From a virus, in the IMG/VR virus record IMGVR_UViG_3300021389_000010, positions 18,426 to 82,425 of that record: 64,000 nt of DNA. One strand, written 5' to 3'. The first letter of the stretch is position 1. The number at the start of each line of letters is the position of its first letter. The notes under the pieces are model-generated. The model saw nothing but the letters and a program-made list of their open reading frames with translations. It did no database searches and was not told the DNA's origin. This document shows, piece after piece, positions 33,394 to 42,693 of the stretch. Position numbers and translations under genes: made by a program.

Positions 33394-33466
33394 ATCTCAG
33401 TACATAGGCATAGTAATGAGAATCGGTTAATGCAAGAAAGGGGGCCCCGTAAGGCCCCCTTTTTTA
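33394..33466 (+). ncRNA. candidate small RNA
   Basis: Own TAAGTTTG element (33382-33389), 5' hairpin TCTCA-G-TAC-ATAGGCATA-GTA-A-TGAGA, terminator GGGGGCC-CCGTAA-GGCCCCC-T6, no ORF. Confidence 0.6.
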
Positions 33467-33497
33467 TTCGTATATTTGCTACAAAGCCTCAAGGCAT

Positions 33498-34250
33498 ATG
33501 GCAAGTGTAGAAAGAGTATATAAAGCAGTAAAAGATATAGCGAACAAAGACCAGAGAGGGTTTATAACTCCCTCTATATTTAATCAGTTCGCAGGTGTGG
33601 CACAGATGAATCTGTTCAACAGATTGTTTGATGATATATCAATGGCAAACAGAATGCGCCGCATGGCTATTGATGGCCCGCGTCAGTTTGCCTTCTCAAA
33701 AAAAGTAGAGGAAGACCTATCGACCTTCGCTAAGAAGGTTGAATTAACCCTTTCGAGCGGAACGGTTGCTAAACCAAGTGACTTTGCACGTGTCATATCT
33801 ATATCAACTATAGGGAAAAAGATTCTCGGTGTACAGAAGCAGTCACTAGTATCTCTTGTATACAATGAAGACCACATTGACAGAATACTTAACAGCGATT
33901 TATCAGCACCCTCTGATGACGCTCCTGTCGCTCTAATAGCAAACGACATAGAGGTATTTCCAAATGTGAATACGAGCATCGCTAAGATTAACTTAAGATA
34001 TTACAAAGTACCACAAGGCATTCTTCCAGACACTGGTGCAAAGACATCACAGTCCCCTAAGTTTGGTTATACTTCATCTGTTGCTGGTGTAGAGATTTAT
34101 TCTTCAGCCAATAGTGTGGACTTTGAATTACCAGAGCAGTACTTCACTGAACTCGTCAACGAGATACTTACACTTGCTGGTGTAAATTTACGTGACAGCG
34201 ATGTGTACAACTACGGCTCTTCAGAAACCACTAAAGACGAAAGTAGATAA
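33498..34250 (+). CDS. tail adaptor/ring protein
   Basis: Position after the head module; NKDQRGFITP..FN and DFELP motifs. Confidence 0.65.
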   Translation: MASVERVYKAVKDIANKDQRGFITPSIFNQFAGVAQMNLFNRLFDDISMANRMRRMAIDGPRQFAFSKKVEEDLSTFAKKVELTLSSGTVAKPSDFARVISISTIGKKILGVQKQSLVSLVYNEDHIDRILNSDLSAPSDDAPVALIANDIEVFPNVNTSIAKINLRYYKVPQGILPDTGAKTSQSPKFGYTSSVAGVEIYSSANSVDFELPEQYFTELVNEILTLAGVNLRDSDVYNYGSSETTKDESR

Positions 34251-34993
34251 TGAGCCAGGCATACGTTACAGTAGATAAAGTAATCAACGATTACATCATG
34301 AGTGTGGATATGGATGACTACGGGTCAGCCGCATCTGATTATATGTTACGTCAATACGCGTTGCGAGGCATACGTGAATTTGGATTTGACATGTCTCATA
34401 ATATTAAGACAACTCTGTTGGACGTAAACCAATCGCTAGGCACAGTTGATTTACCCTCTGACTTCGTGGAGATGGTTAAGATTGGTCAACTTGGAAACGA
34501 TGGGTTGGTGTATGTGTTTGCAGAAAACCCCAACATGAACATACTACCAGATCAACCCGCTGATGCTATTCCAGATTATCTACTTGGTTTTGACTCCTAT
34601 GTTTTTAGAAACTTTTTATATGAGAATACAATGGGTCGCCTCTACGGTCTTGGCGGTGGTCAAGGTGCTGGTGAGTACAGAATTAACTGGGAAGAATGTC
34701 GGATAGAGATATCACTTGTATCTAATACAACACAAGTTGTTCTTGAGTATATATCAGATGCAGCCAAATGCGACAATCCTTGCGTCCCTGTTTTTGCGGA
34801 GCAAGCATTACGCGCATATGTTTACTACCACACAATACAACGCAAGGCCAGCGTACCGGCTAACGAGAAACAGCGGGCACGTGCAGAATACTATAATGAA
34901 AGACGCCTGGCTAACGCAAGGCTCAAGTCCTTTAATAAGTTTGATGCATTGAGCGTTACCCGCAGAAACTTCAAACTAAGCCCTAAAGCGTAA
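34250..34993 (+). CDS. tail tubular/ring protein
   Basis: LPSDFVE.VKI and VVLEYISD motifs; position. Confidence 0.65.
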   Translation: MSQAYVTVDKVINDYIMSVDMDDYGSAASDYMLRQYALRGIREFGFDMSHNIKTTLLDVNQSLGTVDLPSDFVEMVKIGQLGNDGLVYVFAENPNMNILPDQPADAIPDYLLGFDSYVFRNFLYENTMGRLYGLGGGQGAGEYRINWEECRIEISLVSNTTQVVLEYISDAAKCDNPCVPVFAEQALRAYVYYHTIQRKASVPANEKQRARAEYYNERRLANARLKSFNKFDALSVTRRNFKLSPKA

Positions 34994-34996
34994 TAG

Positions 34997-37900
34997 ATGG
35001 CTTCTATAGATAAACTACTTCCTCGCTCTCTAAACAAAGATGATGATGAGCGTCTAGTTACCCGAGTGGAAATGACGGATGCGCAAAACATTCGTGTGTC
35101 TATCGACGCCGACGGTGAGGCGCTTGTGTTAAAAAACTCATGGGGTAACACACATCGTTCAGCAAGTATTGAAAACGGCTCAATGCCCTCGGGTACAAAT
35201 CTCACTATCGGTAGTGTCGGTGATGATTCCGCAGCACAGGTGTATTATTTTGTTTGGAACAGCAACCAGAATCATACGATACTTCGCTATGACCAGAACG
35301 CCAAGAAGACATACCTAGTTTATGAAGACTCCGTTCTTAATTTTACTGAGGATGGTTTCGTGTATGCGTCTATAGTTGAGATGTCAAACAGAGATATCTT
35401 GCTTTACTTTAATGATGGACAGACGGCGCCTAAGAAAATAAACGCTACCCTAGCAGAACAAAGTATATCTGGAGCAGGAGGGTATCCTGGCACTTTCTCT
35501 AACGGGACAACTCAACAACGCAGAAACTACATCACTGTAGCAAAGCAGCCTCCATTACTTCCTCCAACAACAGTATTCAACAATAATCCAGATTATCCTC
35601 AGAACGACATATTCGAAAAGAACTTTCAGTTTGCGTATCAATACGAGTACTATGACGGAGAGGAAACAGCGTTAAGCCCATACTCTGAACTGGCTATATC
35701 TAAGTCCCAATTGAAAGACGGATTCATAGATGCTGGTGCAAGAAATTATTGGAACGAAATAAAAATTACGGTAACAAACTCAGAACTTGATGTAAAGAAC
35801 ATTAACATTTACGCAAGACAGGGTGATAAGGACAGCGCGTTTTTCTTGATAGAAAGCATACCTAATGTGCACGGATCAGGAACACAGGTTCGCACATTCC
35901 GTAACGACTCTAACTATAAAGGCTTGTCCGCTATAGTCCAGGATAATACATACTCAAATGTACCTCAGCGTGCAGATAGCCAAGCGATGTCGCAGGGCCG
36001 TTTGTTCTACGGGGGATACACAGATGGTTATCCAAACACAGGTACAGGTGGAATGACAGCGGTGCCTAATTACTATAATAAACCAAACACTTTTAACATA
36101 CCTATAGAGAAGTATGATGCTTTCCAAAATCAATTCTCTGTAGACTTTGCAAACATACCGTCAGTCATATCTGAGGATAGTTCTCTTTTGCTTTCCTTCT
36201 CCTGGCAGGACGGGCCTGTTGTTATTAGGAACAACGAAGGCAACAACAAGGATTACAATTTTACAAGTTTTGCTCCAGGAATACGGGTTTACGACAATGA
36301 AACCGGAGGTACCTCGCAAAATCTTTCTAAAGCAACTGAACTTAAGGCGTTAGCAGGAATACGTTACTTAAACGATGGCAATATAAACCAAGCAGCAGTA
36401 GACCTAGATGGTGGATTTTTGAACAGCCCGCCTGTTGTAACCTTTATTGCTCAAAAAGGAACGTCAGACAGTACTGAAAAAACCATAGCCATACGTAAAA
36501 TTGTAGGGGGTATAAAGGTTGTGAGTAGCGGCGTGCAGGTAAGGGAAATTATCAAAGTAAAAAAAGGTACAACCCAGGCTCAAGTAAAGGCGCTAGTTAG
36601 GGAAACTATTGAGGGGTTATATCCAATACAGTTTACTCCACAAAACGGAGAGGCTGGATTTAGTAATTTATTTACAGGTGGACAGACCACATTTACGGAC
36701 GAATCAGCAGCGTTTAAAGGAACAGGAAACGCTTGGATAAGAAGAGTAGATACAGGTTTCCCTGTGCCCACTAAAGACTACTATGGCGTAACCATGAATC
36801 ATGTTACCTTCAAGGTAGACAAGTTGGTTTTTGGAACACGTGAGTCTCAAATTATAAACGGCGATCAGGTAGTCTCTCAGTTTGATGTGTTAGAAAGAAA
36901 CATAGATGGATTTACTAACGACATTGATTTTACCGGAAGAGTGCAAAACTTAGCCGGAGAATGGGTGCAAATTACCAACCCTCAGACTCAAAGAAAATTT
37001 TTCACTGTAGACAGGGTTGGCTCCTCGGTCAATCCAGGCGGCTGCTTCCTTATTGATGAGGACGAAATGGACGGCTATCGCTGCTTTAAATCTGGTTCTA
37101 GCCATGAGTTTGGGCTTTTGTTTTTTGACGACAAAGGAAGACCAGCCGGTGTTCAGCCCTTAGACAATGAGGTTTTTATAGAGCACACAAACAATCGCTC
37201 AGACGAGAACTCCCTTGATGGAAGAGCAGATATAGTTGTTCGGTTTGATGACACCTTTACTTGTCCCGACTGGGCTGAACGATACAGTATAGTTTATGCA
37301 GGACAGGGGTCTATAGTAAACAAAGTACAGTACTCAATAGGAGGTGCCTATATTGCGTTAAATGACGCAGACGCTGGTTCGTTTGGCTCCTCGCAAAACA
37401 TATACCTTTCTCTAGGTACATTACAGAGTAGAGCGAATTCATACGACAATCAAACTGGAGCGTTAATTAACTACGGATTCGCAGAGGGTGACCGAATCAG
37501 AATAGTTAGGTATGGTGACGACTTAAAAGAAACGTCAACCTGGAAGGTCGCTAAGACCGTCACGCTTATTGCAGATCCTGCAACAAACCCTCTTCTAGAC
37601 AGAAGTTCTAAGGCCGCTATACAAAACACAACAGGAGACTTCCTTGTTATAGAGGACAACAATACACAAGAGTGGAACACAACGAGCATACTAAAAGGGG
37701 TTTCAAAATGGAACAACAAGTGTGTGATAGAAATATACAGAGAGTCTGGTGCGTTTGAGGAAACATTCTATTACGAAATAGGAGAGAACCTTGCTGTAGA
37801 CAACCGTAGATTACCCCAGACTCAACGTACAGGCACATTGTTAAGCGTCAAGGTCGAGTCAGTATCCGCTGGTACACCAAACACTGTTGTTGCTGAAGTA

Positions 37901-40021
37901 GATAAAAGAGTTTTTAAGGGGGATTTTATAGAAATCCCTGGCGGGGCTGTAATCAAGGTAGGCAATGTTATTTTCAATGACGATACAACTTATCCTTTTA
38001 AACTTTACGGAGAAGTACAGTCTGGGACATTTAATCCTACCACTGTCTACAGCATGGCCGTAACCAACCCAGGGTCTGTTGTTCAGTTTAGCCAGGGCGA
38101 CTCGTACTTTAGATTGCGCACACTGTTTTACGGAAGCGCACCACGAAAGGGTGATGTATGGAGAAACATGGCGCAAGCCTATTCTCAGAATGCGATTGTT
38201 GACTTTGTAGAAGACCCACGGGTGAGTGACTTTTATAAATCAAACTACACATCGTTAGGTAAACCTTTCCCATATCTCCCAACAGCGACCACCTTAAAAA
38301 GGTTTGGCTCTATTACTTATTCAGAGCCGTTTGCATTTGAGAACACACGACTTGGCTTATCTTCTTTTAATCTTACCGAGTTAAACTACAAAGACCTGTC
38401 ATACGATTACGGTTCCATAAAATCTTTAGTACCATACGATGAGTTCTTGTACGTAATACATGAGCGAAGAGCAGGTATAGTACCCGTAAGAAGAAACATA
38501 TTAACAGCGAACGATGGAGAATCTTTGACTGCTACTAATATGATACTCGGCCCGGTGAAATACTATGTCGGAGAATACGGGTGTAACAATAACCCGGAGT
38601 CCGTGTCGTGGTACAGAGGGTATGTGTTCTTTGTTGACGCTAAGGCGGGCAAGGTTGCTCGTATAAACTTCCAGAGTGGACTAGATCTAATCAGTGAGCA
38701 ACTGGTAGACAACTTCTTTAAAAACAAAATGTTCTCGGCTAACCCATCTGCTAAAAACAGAAAGTATATAGCAGGAGTAGACCGCGAAAACTATGAGTAC
38801 ATCATTAGTTCACCCGCTTTGTTCTCGAGCACCATTTCAATAGATGATTCGTGTAGTGGCACAACCGCAACTGGACTTGGTAAAACAAACGAGGACGGCA
38901 ATCTAATCAACGTGAGCGCTGTGTATGATGACTCACTAACCTTTGATTGGAATACATACGCTGTAAACTGGGAATGTGCTGAACAGGAATGGCAGGACGC
39001 AGGTAAAGGATTGTTGCTTATCGACACCTTGACTAACAACCCTATCGTAGGACTGTCTGAGGATCAATCTCCGAGCATTACTGGCGTGACTACAAGCATA
39101 CCTATATTAATTACCTCATCGGCTTACCAGGCGTATCATACAGGGAGATACGATCAGGTTACTGGTGTGGTAACTCCCGATAGTGCAGGTCAATCTTCTT
39201 TAACTATAAGCAATACATCAGAGACTCTTGCAGAGTTCACTATAGCCTATGATGTAAAGTCTGATTACTGGAGCACAAGATATTCTTATCAAGCAGAAAA
39301 TATAATAGGTCTTTCCGACAGGTTATACACCTTTAAAAACGGCGGTATATATGAGCATAATCCAGATGCTACCCGTAATACATTCTATGGTGTTGCAGGA
39401 GATAGTATTGTAGAGTGTATTTCTAACTTCAATCCATCTATGGTCAAGGTCTACGAAGCGGTAAGCCTTGAGGGTGACAATAAAGATTGGAGTGTAACAC
39501 TAACTAATGTTGACCAAACAAGCACGATTGCTACTTCTATATGGGAGGAGAAAGAAGGGTTTTACTACGCACCCTTACACCAGGACTCAACTAACAATGT
39601 GTCTTATACAGCAACAGCAAATATTAGTTCCATTAGCGGAACGTCTGAGGTCTTTGGCTTAGGGTCTGCGGCATCTATTGCTACAGATAAGATAACATTT
39701 AAGAACGCAATTAACAGTATAGGATTTCCGCTGGGTGTAACAACAGCATTATTTAAAGTTAGCGGGGCCAATCTGGTACCACTAAATCTATATGCCACAG
39801 CCCTTGATGGAGAGAAAGTATTACAGTGTAACGGAACCGTAAGTGGTGTTACTGCTAATGATGAGATTGTATTGATTGCTAATTCTGCTATTGAAGGTGA
39901 CTCTTTGCGAGACTATTACTTGAAGGGCAGGTTTGTAAACTCCACAACCTCAAAGCATGAGTTGTATGCTATAAACTTTATATACACTAAGTCCAATTTA
40001 CACAACCAGCAAGGGCAATAG
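34997..40021 (+). CDS. tail stabilisation/nozzle protein (crAss muzzle- or P22 gp10-like)
   Basis: 1674 aa, beta-rich; LNKDDDERLV..AQNIRV, FAYQY.Y.DGE..ALSPYS and YG..NPES motifs. Confidence 0.75.
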   Translation: MASIDKLLPRSLNKDDDERLVTRVEMTDAQNIRVSIDADGEALVLKNSWGNTHRSASIENGSMPSGTNLTIGSVGDDSAAQVYYFVWNSNQNHTILRYDQNAKKTYLVYEDSVLNFTEDGFVYASIVEMSNRDILLYFNDGQTAPKKINATLAEQSISGAGGYPGTFSNGTTQQRRNYITVAKQPPLLPPTTVFNNNPDYPQNDIFEKNFQFAYQYEYYDGEETALSPYSELAISKSQLKDGFIDAGARNYWNEIKITVTNSELDVKNINIYARQGDKDSAFFLIESIPNVHGSGTQVRTFRNDSNYKGLSAIVQDNTYSNVPQRADSQAMSQGRLFYGGYTDGYPNTGTGGMTAVPNYYNKPNTFNIPIEKYDAFQNQFSVDFANIPSVISEDSSLLLSFSWQDGPVVIRNNEGNNKDYNFTSFAPGIRVYDNETGGTSQNLSKATELKALAGIRYLNDGNINQAAVDLDGGFLNSPPVVTFIAQKGTSDSTEKTIAIRKIVGGIKVVSSGVQVREIIKVKKGTTQAQVKALVRETIEGLYPIQFTPQNGEAGFSNLFTGGQTTFTDESAAFKGTGNAWIRRVDTGFPVPTKDYYGVTMNHVTFKVDKLVFGTRESQIINGDQVVSQFDVLERNIDGFTNDIDFTGRVQNLAGEWVQITNPQTQRKFFTVDRVGSSVNPGGCFLIDEDEMDGYRCFKSGSSHEFGLLFFDDKGRPAGVQPLDNEVFIEHTNNRSDENSLDGRADIVVRFDDTFTCPDWAERYSIVYAGQGSIVNKVQYSIGGAYIALNDADAGSFGSSQNIYLSLGTLQSRANSYDNQTGALINYGFAEGDRIRIVRYGDDLKETSTWKVAKTVTLIADPATNPLLDRSSKAAIQNTTGDFLVIEDNNTQEWNTTSILKGVSKWNNKCVIEIYRESGAFEETFYYEIGENLAVDNRRLPQTQRTGTLLSVKVESVSAGTPNTVVAEVDKRVFKGDFIEIPGGAVIKVGNVIFNDDTTYPFKLYGEVQSGTFNPTTVYSMAVTNPGSVVQFSQGDSYFRLRTLFYGSAPRKGDVWRNMAQAYSQNAIVDFVEDPRVSDFYKSNYTSLGKPFPYLPTATTLKRFGSITYSEPFAFENTRLGLSSFNLTELNYKDLSYDYGSIKSLVPYDEFLYVIHERRAGIVPVRRNILTANDGESLTATNMILGPVKYYVGEYGCNNNPESVSWYRGYVFFVDAKAGKVARINFQSGLDLISEQLVDNFFKNKMFSANPSAKNRKYIAGVDRENYEYIISSPALFSSTISIDDSCSGTTATGLGKTNEDGNLINVSAVYDDSLTFDWNTYAVNWECAEQEWQDAGKGLLLIDTLTNNPIVGLSEDQSPSITGVTTSIPILITSSAYQAYHTGRYDQVTGVVTPDSAGQSSLTISNTSETLAEFTIAYDVKSDYWSTRYSYQAENIIGLSDRLYTFKNGGIYEHNPDATRNTFYGVAGDSIVECISNFNPSMVKVYEAVSLEGDNKDWSVTLTNVDQTSTIATSIWEEKEGFYYAPLHQDSTNNVSYTATANISSISGTSEVFGLGSAASIATDKITFKNAINSIGFPLGVTTALFKVSGANLVPLNLYATALDGEKVLQCNGTVSGVTANDEIVLIANSAIEGDSLRDYYLKGRFVNSTTSKHELYAINFIYTKSNLHNQQGQ

Positions 40022-40042
40022 TATTATCAGTATTTTTGTATT

Positions 40043-40996
40043 ATGAAAAAGATGAAAAATTATTTTGTAGGAGGCCTAATAAATGTAGCGGCAGGGCTCG
40101 GTACAGCAGCATACGGTGCGTATCAAGAGCGTCAAGCCAAAAAGAAAATGGCACAGGCAGACGAAGCAGCCACTGGCCCAATCAGATCACAAGCGGCACG
40201 CCAAAGAATTGCACGTCAAACAAGTGATGCTCAAGCGGGTGTGGATTCAGCATTACGCGCACAGGCTACAGCGGCAGACCGTTTAGCATCACAGGGTGGC
40301 GCTCGTGCTCTTCAGTCAGCAACACCTGGCTTAATGAGAGCAACAGAATTAGCCTCGAATCGTGCTATTAACAGCGTCCCTACGCTTGACGAAACATCTT
40401 TAACCGCAGGTCAAAACCAGCAGGCCCGTCTTAACTTAAACAGGCTTAGTCGTGCAGCAGATGCAGCAAGACAAACAACTATAGGTGGTGTATCAACTGC
40501 AATCCAAGGTGGGGCAGAAATTCTTGGCTCGGTTGCAAAAACTGGATTTAAAAAGAAGAAGCCAGAAGCATTGGAACTACCTGCTACTAATCCTGTTGCC
40601 CCGAAGACAGATGCTTTAACCGCTATGTCTAACGCTGCTCTGCAGGGAACACAGCAAGGGCTTATAGATTTTACTAAACAGACCAAGGCAGATAAAGCAG
40701 CATCTTTCAATATACTGGAGGATGAATCAAATGTTATCACCGATGAAATGGTTGATGAACTAGATGCTATCAGACCAATGGAAGAAGGTGGTATTCAGAA
40801 AACACCAGGAGAGTTCTCGCATGATGACAATCCTATAGATATCGTTCAAGAGGGAGCAAAAATCGGGGAGATGACTGGAGGAGAATACATATTTAACCCA
40901 GAGCAGGCTGAAGAAATGCGTAAACTTTCTAAGGCAGGAGATACCGAACTACACGAATTCGTTCGTAACTTACTAAACAAAGAACAATTTAAATAA
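40043..40996 (+). CDS. probable ejection/internal virion protein
   Basis: Ala/Gly-rich helical protein; KTPGEFSH..NPI and GEMTGGEYIFNP. Confidence 0.6.
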   Translation: MKKMKNYFVGGLINVAAGLGTAAYGAYQERQAKKKMAQADEAATGPIRSQAARQRIARQTSDAQAGVDSALRAQATAADRLASQGGARALQSATPGLMRATELASNRAINSVPTLDETSLTAGQNQQARLNLNRLSRAADAARQTTIGGVSTAIQGGAEILGSVAKTGFKKKKPEALELPATNPVAPKTDALTAMSNAALQGTQQGLIDFTKQTKADKAASFNILEDESNVITDEMVDELDAIRPMEEGGIQKTPGEFSHDDNPIDIVQEGAKIGEMTGGEYIFNPEQAEEMRKLSKAGDTELHEFVRNLLNKEQFK

Positions 40997-42693
40997 TGGC
41001 TGATACATCCACATTCATGGCGGTGGGCCAGGTACCACAAGTAGATTATGGTGCGGTGTACAGAAACGCCAAGGCCCGTCGCGAGTTAGAAGAAGAGAAG
41101 AAACTACAATACCTTAACCAGTTCCAACAGGAACGTGGTGCTTTCACTACGGGTATGCAGGATGAACTGCAAGCAGAGTGGGATGCTATTGAATCCGACC
41201 TGGATCAGGGAGATATGTCTCTTGAGGCAAAGGCCCGAAGACAGCGGCTGTATAATAACTACAAGCAACACGCTGCCGATGCTCTTGAATACGCAAACAC
41301 TGTTAATGATTTAGAGGCATCTATACTAGCAGACCCAAATGCATACAATGACCCTGCTGATTTAATGTCTCAATTAGAAGATGCACGTAATGTACAGGTG
41401 AGTGCTCAAAACATAGGTTTAGTAGCGGGTGAATTACCATCACTAAATGAGTTCCGAAGATTTTCTTTGCCAGAGATTGCTCCTAACGCAGCAGCAGGCA
41501 TGATACTGGAGAACTTGAAAACCTCTGGTGGTATCAATAACTTCTACGACATGAGTGGATCTGGAGAGATTGACCCAGATTCAGTAGCCTCCAGTGTTAC
41601 CGCATGGTTCAATAGTAATTCTCTGTCACAACAAGAAGAAGACCAGGCCATTGCATACGTACTCCACCAACTCGGTGGTTTAAACGGTTCTATGGATGAC
41701 CTTTCTAAAATTAGAAACCTATCAGATGAAGAGCGTGAAGGATACATAGGTCAGTACGCGCAGTATGTTACTGGTTCTTTGCAAAATATGTTGGCTGAAG
41801 ATATAACAACAGAGCGGGAGAAGCGTCAAGCGGAACTCTCTGACTACAGAACCAAATCAAGAATACAAGCAGAAGAATCGAGGGCAGCGTCGAACGCTTC
41901 TGGGTACAGTGGATTTGTTGTAGAGGCTGGTGATTTACAATACATGCCACCTATTACTCCAGACGCCAATGGAAATGTTTTAAAAACTAGTGACCCAGAA
42001 TTGGCTAACGCTAACATGGCAATTCACGCGAGTATAGAGGGCACACAACCTATGTACAGAGACGTGAATGGTAATCAAAATTATATCGAGAGCATTGGTA
42101 TAGACCAAGACGGGAAGATGATTGCTATTATTAGAACTAATCAGTCAGTAAAGAACAGGAGTAATAAAACTGAAACTCACGTTGCTAGAACAGTGGTAGA
42201 CGCATCTGAAATACCGTTGAATGGATTGAGTAACGCCAAGCAAGCAGATAAGATTCGTCAGACATACAACAATATGCTACCTATGTGGTCGGCAAACTTT
42301 GCGGGTCGTGAGCCACAGCAAAACTTCCAGGGAGATATAAATGTCCTTGGTGAAATGGAAGTCGAGACAAGCGAAACAGGCGTAATGCAAGGCCCTGCTG
42401 CTCCCAAGGGTGTCGGGACATCCGACCAAGGTACAATGGCAGGTCAGTTTGTACGTCCACAAGGTTCTACTGCAGAGCCTACAATTGAAATCACAGTAGA
42501 CGAGTGGAGTGACATGAGCAAGCCAGCACAGCGGAACTTCATCATGGATGAAGCAGTAAATCGTAACAGCGAGACAGTTGAACTCAATGGTCGTCAACGC
42601 AGAAAATGGGACACGATGACACCTACTGAGCGTAAAAACGAATTGGCTAAAGTTCGCAATGAATTAAGACTACAATTGAAAATTGATATTTAA
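40996..42693 (+). CDS. probable ejection/internal virion protein
   Basis: 565 aa helical; position in the late operon. Confidence 0.6.
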   Translation: MADTSTFMAVGQVPQVDYGAVYRNAKARRELEEEKKLQYLNQFQQERGAFTTGMQDELQAEWDAIESDLDQGDMSLEAKARRQRLYNNYKQHAADALEYANTVNDLEASILADPNAYNDPADLMSQLEDARNVQVSAQNIGLVAGELPSLNEFRRFSLPEIAPNAAAGMILENLKTSGGINNFYDMSGSGEIDPDSVASSVTAWFNSNSLSQQEEDQAIAYVLHQLGGLNGSMDDLSKIRNLSDEEREGYIGQYAQYVTGSLQNMLAEDITTEREKRQAELSDYRTKSRIQAEESRAASNASGYSGFVVEAGDLQYMPPITPDANGNVLKTSDPELANANMAIHASIEGTQPMYRDVNGNQNYIESIGIDQDGKMIAIIRTNQSVKNRSNKTETHVARTVVDASEIPLNGLSNAKQADKIRQTYNNMLPMWSANFAGREPQQNFQGDINVLGEMEVETSETGVMQGPAAPKGVGTSDQGTMAGQFVRPQGSTAEPTIEITVDEWSDMSKPAQRNFIMDEAVNRNSETVELNGRQRRKWDTMTPTERKNELAKVRNELRLQLKIDI

